A DNA stretch of 12,843 nucleotides from an uncultured Deferribacteres bacterium (GTDB taxonomy: Bacteria; Zhuqueibacterota; Zhuqueibacteria; Zhuqueibacterales; Geothermadaptataceae): the NCBI GenBank assembly GCA_964014485.1, contig CAXHAT010000212.1:1-12843 (forward strand), given 5' to 3'. This document shows, one piece after another, positions 8,101-12,843 of this stretch. Numbering within the stretch: the stretch's first letter is position 1; each line of letters starts with the position of its first letter. The translations under genes and the position numbers were made by a program. Under the pieces are notes generated by a model that saw nothing but the letters and a program-made list of their open reading frames with translations, did no database searches and was not told the origin of the DNA.

Positions 8101-11100
8101 ATAAGTGTAGGTCGTGCTCGCGCTCAAGCCCGTGTCGTTGTAACTGACCACGTTCGCACCAACGGTTGCGATTTCAGCAAAATTGCCGTCGCCCGCATGA
8201 CGCTCGATTTTGAAATTATCTTCATTATTTGAATTATCCGTCCACGAAAGATCGATTTGCGATGCGCCGTTCGCCGTTGCAGTCAGGGTTGCGGGAGCGG
8301 CGGGCGGCGTTGGCGCTGCGTCGGTCGTGGCCGAAGCTTCGTTGGAATAATTCGAATCGCCGTTGCCGTTCGTGGCGCGCACGCGATAAGTGTAGCTCGT
8401 CGAGGCGCTCAATCCGGTGTTGTTGTAGCTCGTGATGTTCGCGGCGGTAACGGCGATCTCGACAAAATTGCCGTCGCCGGAATGGCGCTCGATTTTGAAG
8501 CCGGTTTCATTGGAAGAATTGTCCGTCCAGCTCAAATCGATTTGCGAAGCGCTGTTCGCCGCTGCGGTCAAACCGGACGGCGCGGCGGGCGGCGGCGGAT
8601 CGGCCGTCGTTGCAACGGCGACGTTGGAATAGCCTGAATGGCCTGCGCCGTTGCTGGCGCGCACACGATAATTATACGTCGTCGAGGCGCTCAATCCCGT
8701 ATCGTTAAAATTCGTTACACCCGCTCCAACACTCGCAATTTCGACGTAATTGCCGTCGCCGTCGTGGCGTTCGATTTTGAAGCTGGTTTCATTCAACGAA
8801 TTGTCCGTCCAGGAAAGATCGATTTGTGACGTGCCGTTTGCTGTTGCAAATAAGCCGGACGGCGCCGCGGGCGGTTGCGGTGAACCGCCGGCGTTATCGC
8901 AGCCGTACGTTTCCACTTCCGCGATCTTGTAGGTCGATTTCCGATTTTGCGTCATATAAATGCGCAAGTACTGGCCGGTCGTTCGCGTAAAAACATGGGT
9001 TTCCACGCCTTCGTCGTTCTTGGAAGCGACGAATGTCGTCGTCCAATTCACGTCGTCATCGGACATTTGAACTTCGTAAGCTTCAGCATAATCCTTGTCC
9101 TGCCAGTCAATGATCACACTATCAATTTGCACGAAGCTGCCGTAATCAACTTTAAGCCACTCGGCCACGCCGGTTTGAACATCGTCACTGCGCCAGAGCG
9201 TGCCGTCGTCGCCGTCGGTCGCGTTTTCAGGATTGTCCGGCGCATCGGTTGAAAAAGCCGTCGTCGCTTTGTTCAAAGCGAGATTAACGTCCTGGTTGAC
9301 GCACTCATCCGTTGTCGTCGCGGAAGCTGCGTTCGAAAAATCCGAGTCGCCGGCATTGCTTGTCGCGACGACGCGATAGGTGTAAGTCGAGGCCGGTGCA
9401 AGCCCGACGTCACTATAAGACGTCACATTTGCCGCTACGACAACAACGGTTGCGAAATTGCCGTCGCCGGAATGGCGTTCGAGTCGAAAGCCTGTTTCAT
9501 CGAAAGAATTGTCCGTCCAGGCAAGATCGATTTGATACGCGCCGAACTCGTTCGCCGTGAGCGCGCTTGGCGCAAGCGGCGGCGGAATCACCTGAACTTC
9601 ATCCGCGCCAATGTCGACGCGACCGTCGATGATGCGAATATCGCCGTCAAGGTCGGTTTCGTCGGCGTCTGCGACAAAAGTTGGATCACCGGCATTCACA
9701 GCGGGCGATGTTTGCGAGACATGGAAATCGGCGTTGGCCGCGTCGTCAAAAAGAGGATCGTTAAAGACTGAATTCGCGTCCTGCCCGGAGCCGGATTGGA
9801 AATCGCTAAAATTGCCGTACCAGGTGCTCTGCCAGGTAAATTGCGCGCTGCCGGCGCCCGATTCCGTGTACCAAAGGTTGTAGTCGAGCGTGTTGTTGAC
9901 GTTGCCGCCTTCGGAATAGAGCAGCACGTTTTGGCCGGTGCTGTAGAAAATGTTGTTGCGCAGGTCGTTGTTTTGGGCGAACTGAATCCAGACCTCGCCG
10001 ACGCCTTCGTTCAAAACGTCGTTTTTGTAGAGAACATTGTTGGTAAAAGAGCAGTTTTCGACCGAGCCAACCGTCGCGTCGTAGCCTCCAAAAACCAGCC
10101 CGGCCTTGTCGTTGTTGTAGAGCACATTGTTGCGAACAGTGATATTGCTGGTGATCAAACCCGCGTTTTCCGCGCCGACTTCGACGCCAAAATCGCATTC
10201 ATAAACGGTATTGTTTTCGATCACGATGTCCTTGCCGCCGTCGACGTAAATCCCGCCCGCGTAGCCGCCGGTTCCGTTTTCGCGCGCGCGATAAACCGTG
10301 TTGCCGCGACAAATTCCGTTGCGCGCCACTTTGGTTTGATCCGGTTGCAGCCAGGTTTCGCCGCCGATGAAATCAATGCCGATGTTGTTGACGTCGCGCA
10401 CGATGTTGTTGGTCACCTCAAAATCGGTGACGTTGCCGTTAATTGTGAGCGCTTCGCTCGGCAGAGGTTCGCAGTCGTAAATTTCGTTGCCGTCGATAAT
10501 GATGTTCGAAATCGGGTCAAACGCCCCGCCATAAATCGTAATCCCCATGGCGTCCGTTCCGCGAATGTCGTGGATGACGTTGTTGCGAAATTCAATGTGC
10601 GAACCGGAGCCGACCATGCGAAAACCGGAGCCGTCACTCACGCCTGTGTTATTTCGAATTTCAAAGCCGTGAATTTTTATATAGCTCTTGGAGTCGATAA
10701 AAATCATGTTGTCGCCGACCACGCCCGTGCCGTCGAGAATCGGGAATTCGTTGGCGTATGCGGAAAGAACGATGTGGCCGTTAACTGCGTCGCCGCCGGT
10801 CGGGAAAATGAGTTTTTCAAAATAGGGCGAGGCTTTTTCGCGCACGGCAATCGAATCGCCGGGCTGCGCCGCGTTCAAAGCTGCTTGAATCGTGGTGAAA
10901 TCACCGCCGGTTTCCGCGACAATGTAAGTTTGCCCAAAAGTCGTCGCCGAAGCTTCATTCGTCGGATCGGAATTGCCCGCTGCGTTGACGGCGTGAACGC
11001 GGTAGGTGTAGGTCGTGCCGCGCATCAGCCCGGAATCGGTGAATGAAATAAAATCCGCTCCGGTTGTGGCGACTTCCGCAAAATTTCCGTCCCCGCTGTG

Positions 11101-12513
11101 GCGCTCGATACTGTAGCCGGTCTCGTCGGTCGCGTTGTCCTTCCAGGCCAGGTCGATTGATGAAACGGTCGCCGTCGTCGCCGTCAAACCCGTCGGCGCG
11201 GCGGGAGCGCCCACGCCTTTGATGATGGTGAAGTAGTCGAGCGTATTGCCGAGCTCGTCGATATAAGTCACGTCCGCACGTCCGCCGTCAATGTCCAGTA
11301 CGACGGAGCCGAGTTCCAGAACGGAATAATACATCGCCGGATGATCCAGCGGCGCGCTGCTCGTTTGCCCGCCGCTGCCCGCAACGATATAAACCGCACC
11401 CTGACGCGCGCCAGGGCCAAGCGTCGCCTTGGTGTAAGCGCCCGTGCCGTCTTCGCGTCCGTCGCCGTCGTCGAGCTTGTGTTCAGGCAAAAGACTCACG
11501 GAATCGCCGTAGTGGCCGTCGAGCAAGTACGAGCGTTCGTAGGAATGGCTGTGCCCGGTAAAAACAAGATCAACGCCGCCGTTTTCCAGAATCGGCAAAG
11601 CGTTTTCACGCATCTGGATCAGTCTGTTTTCCGAATCTGAATCGTGCGACCCTTTCGAATATGGCGGATGATGCCAGAAGGCAACGACCCAGTCCAGCGT
11701 GTTGGCGGCGAGATCGTTTTCAAGCCAGGTCAGCATCGCGTCATTGACGCCGCGGGGAATGTCTTCCGAGTTCAGGCAAACAAAGTGAATATTGGCGTAG
11801 TTGAAAGAATAATACGCTTCCGTTCCGCTGGCAAAACCGCCGGATTCCGCATTGCGCGGCAATGAAAAAATATCATAAAAAGGCCCTGATTCCGTCGGCG
11901 ACTCCGCACTCAAGCCGTCGTGATTACCGAAGGCGGGCCATAACACGGATTTGCGCAGCATTTCAGGAAAAATATCGAACACCGCTGATTGATATTCGCT
12001 GTCATTGCCGACATTGTAAGCGTTATCGCCGAGCATAACCCAAAGATTCGTATGCGTCGCGCCAGTGTAATTTTCATAAGCGTCGCGCACATCCATGACG
12101 TCCTGATCCGCCGTACCCGAATCGCCGATGATCCAAATTCGCGACGCCTGCCGCGTGCCGTCGGCGGGATTGGTTTCGAAAAAATAGCTGCTGTCCGAAG
12201 CCAGCGTCGCCGTCGTCGTGCCAATGGAATAATAATAAACCGTGTTTGGCGAGAGCCCCGTGAGCTCGATTTCGTGCTCAGTCGTGCTGGTCAAATCGTC
12301 GACCGTCAAGTTCAGATTGAGTTCATCCGTTCCATACTGCACCCGACTGTTTACGGCCGTGTCCGTGCGCCAACGCACGATGACGCTTGTCGGCGTTCCG
12401 GTTTGCAAGTATGGTCCGCGCGTCACGGTTTGTGCGTGGACGTTTTCCAGATTTGGAGCGGTTAACGAAAAAGCGGCGGCAAAAGCGGCAAAGACTCGGA
12501 GTTTGTTCAGCAT
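4840..12513 (-). CDS. Giant secreted multidomain protein: purple acid phosphatase - FN3 - beta-helix - FN3 - F5/8C - 6xFN3 - F5/8C - 4xFN3 - F5/8C - CTD
   Basis: Uninterrupted ORF. Start preferred at ATG 12513 (GAGGAAGG immediately upstream; MLNKLRVFAAFAAAFSLTAPNLENVHA-Q signal peptide), giving 2557 aa rather than the 2587 aa from 12603. Domain motifs are listed in the sub-features. Confidence 0.95.
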   Translation of the reverse strand: MLNKLRVFAAFAAAFSLTAPNLENVHAQTVTRGPYLQTGTPTSVIVRWRTDTAVNSRVQYGTDELNLNLTVDDLTSTTEHEIELTGLSPNTVYYYSIGTTTATLASDSSYFFETNPADGTRQASRIWIIGDSGTADQDVMDVRDAYENYTGATHTNLWVMLGDNAYNVGNDSEYQSAVFDIFPEMLRKSVLWPAFGNHDGLSAESPTESGPFYDIFSLPRNAESGGFASGTEAYYSFNYANIHFVCLNSEDIPRGVNDAMLTWLENDLAANTLDWVVAFWHHPPYSKGSHDSDSENRLIQMRENALPILENGGVDLVFTGHSHSYERSYLLDGHYGDSVSLLPEHKLDDGDGREDGTGAYTKATLGPGARQGAVYIVAGSGGQTSSAPLDHPAMYYSVLELGSVVLDIDGGRADVTYIDELGNTLDYFTIIKGVGAPAAPTGLTATTATVSSIDLAWKDNATDETGYSIERHSGDGNFAEVATTGADFISFTDSGLMRGTTYTYRVHAVNAAGNSDPTNEASATTFGQTYIVAETGGDFTTIQAALNAAQPGDSIAVREKASPYFEKLIFPTGGDAVNGHIVLSAYANEFPILDGTGVVGDNMIFIDSKSYIKIHGFEIRNNTGVSDGSGFRMVGSGSHIEFRNNVIHDIRGTDAMGITIYGGAFDPISNIIIDGNEIYDCEPLPSEALTINGNVTDFEVTNNIVRDVNNIGIDFIGGETWLQPDQTKVARNGICRGNTVYRARENGTGGYAGGIYVDGGKDIVIENNTVYECDFGVEVGAENAGLITSNITVRNNVLYNNDKAGLVFGGYDATVGSVENCSFTNNVLYKNDVLNEGVGEVWIQFAQNNDLRNNIFYSTGQNVLLYSEGGNVNNTLDYNLWYTESGAGSAQFTWQSTWYGNFSDFQSGSGQDANSVFNDPLFDDAANADFHVSQTSPAVNAGDPTFVADADETDLDGDIRIIDGRVDIGADEVQVIPPPLAPSALTANEFGAYQIDLAWTDNSFDETGFRLERHSGDGNFATVVVVAANVTSYSDVGLAPASTYTYRVVATSNAGDSDFSNAASATTTDECVNQDVNLALNKATTAFSTDAPDNPENATDGDDGTLWRSDDVQTGVAEWLKVDYGSFVQIDSVIIDWQDKDYAEAYEVQMSDDDVNWTTTFVASKNDEGVETHVFTRTTGQYLRIYMTQNRKSTYKIAEVETYGCDNAGGSPQPPAAPSGLFATANGTSQIDLSWTDNSLNETSFKIERHDGDGNYVEIASVGAGVTNFNDTGLSASTTYNYRVRASNGAGHSGYSNVAVATTADPPPPAAPSGLTAAANSASQIDLSWTDNSSNETGFKIERHSGDGNFVEIAVTAANITSYNNTGLSASTSYTYRVRATNGNGDSNYSNEASATTDAAPTPPAAPATLTATANGASQIDLSWTDNSNNEDNFKIERHAGDGNFAEIATVGANVVSYNDTGLSASTTYTYRVRASNGVGDSGYSNEAAATTDAPPPPPAAPSSLTATANGASQIDLSWTDNANNETGFKIERHAGDGNFAEITTIGADVTGYNDTGLSASTTYTYRVRATNDAGDSGYSNEASATTNDPPPPADPSALTATANGVSQIDLAWTDNASDESNFKIERHSGDGNFAEIATVGANVTGYSNTGLSASTTYTYRVRASNGNGDSGYSNEAAATTDDPPTAPADPSGLTATANGSSQIDLSWSDNSNNEDGFKVQRHSGDGNFAEIATLGADVASYNDIGLNAETTYTYRVFAFNNEGDSGFSNEASATTDAAPVNCTPGENLASGNTMTASSQDPDDPPSNTNDGDVDSYWRSDDVQSGVPEWLKVDFGEIVTVDSVVINWESKDYAEVYEIQHSTDDANWTVVVSATKNDKGIDEHTFAAASARYVRLHMTQNNKSTYRINEFEVYGCSGGGTPTPPAAPTALSASANGVSQIDLSWTDNSNNEDGFRIERHSGDGNFAEIATVGANVTSFSSTSLNASTTYTFRVRAYNGAGNSNYSNTASATTDAPPQPPAAPSGLTATANGASQIDLSWMDNANNEDNFKIERHAGDGNFAEIATVSANVTSYNDTGLSASTTYAYRVRASNGVGNSGYSNEAAATTDAPPPPPAAPSGLIATTNGASQIDLSWTDNANNEDNFKIERHAGDGNFAEIATVGANVTSYDDTGLSASTTYAYRVRAGNGAGNSGYSNDASATTDDPPPPPADPSGLTATANGSSQIDLSWTDNANNEDNFKIERHAGDGNFAEIATVGANVTNYDDTGLSASTTYTYRVRASNGVGDSGYSNEASATTEDSGVDPNTNLALNQPATASSVASSFVASNGNDGNESTAWGTRNVSSNQWLRIDLGSPQPVGRAIVRWNSSRFATSYEFQASDDDVNWFTIYSTTSGASGNQEFTFTQTTARYVRLLATGFNQSSLAVNELEVYSGPAVSKRSTVNSEPLTASEDASSVYSSQFTPTKFALHQNYPNPFNPNTTIQFDLPKAGHVSLNIYNSTGRLVRILVSGNFAPGAHKVVWDARDESGVRVASGLYFYTIKIGQQFSAQKKLLLMK
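5212..5595 (-). other. F5/8 type C domain 3
   Basis: NLALNQPATASS...NDGNESTAW...QWLRIDLG...YEFQASDDDVNW...ARYVRLL...VNELEVY. Confidence 0.9.
5620..6745 (-). repeat. Four tandem fibronectin type III repeats (FN3 9-12)
   Basis: Same unit as the upstream block; copies 10-12 are nearly identical. Two further single copies lie at ~10939-11208 and ~9313-9585. Confidence 0.95.
6766..7167 (-). other. F5/8 type C domain 2
   Basis: NLASGNTMTASS...NDGDVDSYWRS...EWLKVDFG...YEIQHSTDDANWT...ARYVRLHM...INEFEVYG; Cys at each end. Confidence 0.9.
7186..8877 (-). repeat. Six tandem fibronectin type III repeats (FN3 3-8)
   Basis: ~94-aa units PAAPSGLTATANGASQIDLSWTDN...FKIERHxGDGNF...GLSASTTYTYRVRAxN...SNEASATT joined by Pro-rich linkers; ~280-bp DNA periodicity. 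Confidence 0.95.
8899..9303 (-). other. F5/8 type C (discoidin/CBM32-like) domain 1
   Basis: NLALNKATTAFS...NATDGDDGTLWRS...EWLKVDYG...YEVQMSDDDVNWT...QYLRIYM...IAEVETYG; Cys at each end. Confidence 0.9.
9595..10935 (-). other. Right-handed parallel beta-helix (pectin-lyase-like fold) with C-terminal cap
   Basis: N-cap FTTIQAALNAAQPGDSIAVR; asparagine-ladder coils (IEFRNNVIHD, IIIDGNEIYD, FEVTNNIVRD, IVIENNTVYE, ITVRNNVLYN); C-cap DPLF...DFHVSQTSPAVNAG...DLDGDIR...VDIGADE. Confidence 0.9.
11221..12430 (-). other. Purple acid phosphatase module (N-terminal FN3-like domain + calcineurin-like metallophosphoesterase)
   Basis: All five PAP metal-ligand motifs in order: GDSG (DxG), GDNAY (GDxxY, 12016-12030), GNHD (11917-11928), VAFWHHP (VxxH-like), GHSH (11545-11556); preceded by an RGPYLQ...HEIELTGLSPNTVYYY FN3-like domain. 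Confidence 0.92.
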
Positions 12514-12702
12514 GACCTTCCTCGGCGTCGGTTCTTGTCGGTTTCCGTGTTGACGTACAGATATTCCGGCTGCGGGTACAACGTACAGATTGATCGCGCG
12601 CATTCAGCGGCGACGGTTCTTATAAAGCAGGGAAATTGATTTTGAAAACAGGTTCCGTTCTTGGAAGGATTAAATGCGAGACGCTTCCTTGCGCATCATT
12701 TA

Positions 12703-12731
12703 AATATACCCCCGGCGAGATGTTGTGCGAA
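12703..12731 (-). promoter_or_regulatory. Candidate sigma70-type promoter for the giant gene
   Basis: Minus strand TTCGCA-17 bp-TATATT (4/6 and 5/6 matches to TTGACA/TATAAT), about 190 bp upstream of ATG 12513. Consensus match only. Confidence 0.3.
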
Positions 12732-12772
12732 TGTAAAATCCGAATGACTTTCTGATCGAGTCAGTTCAGAGC

Positions 12773-12843
12773 GTTGGAGTGTTGGAGTGTTGGAGTGTTG
12801 GAGTGTTGGAGTGTTGGAGTGTTGGAGTGTTGGAGTGTTGGAG
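12773..12843. repeat. Perfect octamer tandem repeat (GTTGGAGT)n / (ACTCCAAC)n, truncated at window end
   Basis: 71 nt = 8 full units plus 7 nt, no mismatches; preceded by a degenerate partial unit (GAGC at 12769-12772). Confidence 0.98.

Noticed and set aside
9796..11046. 416-aa plus-strand ORF
   Set aside because: Lies wholly antisense to the beta-helix region, has no identifiable motif, and long stop-free antisense frames are expected with this codon bias.
2995..12553. Many other short overlapping ORFs on both strands
   Set aside because: All overlap well-supported genes; several recur with the FN3 or propeller periodicity, showing they are by-products of the repeats.
12514..12603. Upstream start at 12603 for the giant gene
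   Set aside because: Adds 30 aa ahead of a good signal peptide; ATG 12513 has a purine-rich RBS.
12514..12770. PHO box or riboswitch in the leader of the phosphatase gene
   Set aside because: No CTGTCAT-like repeats at 11-bp spacing and no recognisable riboswitch consensus by eye; an Infernal/Rfam scan would be needed to exclude one fully.
12773..12843. CRISPR array interpretation of the terminal repeat
   Set aside because: 8-bp units with no unique spacers and no cas genes in the window.

Overview
Four co-oriented minus-strand genes, all encoding exported modular proteins, plus an 8-bp tandem repeat that runs off the right edge. In transcription order: (1) a ~2557-aa protein (12513->4840): signal peptide, purple acid phosphatase module, FN3, right-handed beta-helix, 11 more FN3 repeats interleaved with three F5/8-type C (CBM32/discoidin-like) domains, and a T9SS-type-A/FlgD-Ig-like C-terminal domain (CTD); (2) a 632-aa protein (4773->2875) with seven NHL-like propeller blades, an acidic helical 4-Cys domain and a closely related CTD; (3) a 257-aa stand-alone L-type (legume-like) lectin with altered sugar-site residues; (4) a gene absent from the ORF track (1759-><1, >=586 codons, translated by hand) with an unnamed N-terminal beta domain, two Calx-beta domains and Ig-like repeats. 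The YPNPFNP-type CTD together with clear Shine-Dalgarno sites suggests a non-Bacteroidia FCB-related bacterium (KSB1/Calditrichota/Ignavibacteria-like; inference). No RNA genes, mobile-element genes or CRISPR arrays are visible. The best candidate for an undescribed system is the phosphatase + beta-helix enzyme on a long glycan-binding stalk, clustered with lectin/adhesin-like proteins. Domain calls are by motif recognition only; no searches were run.
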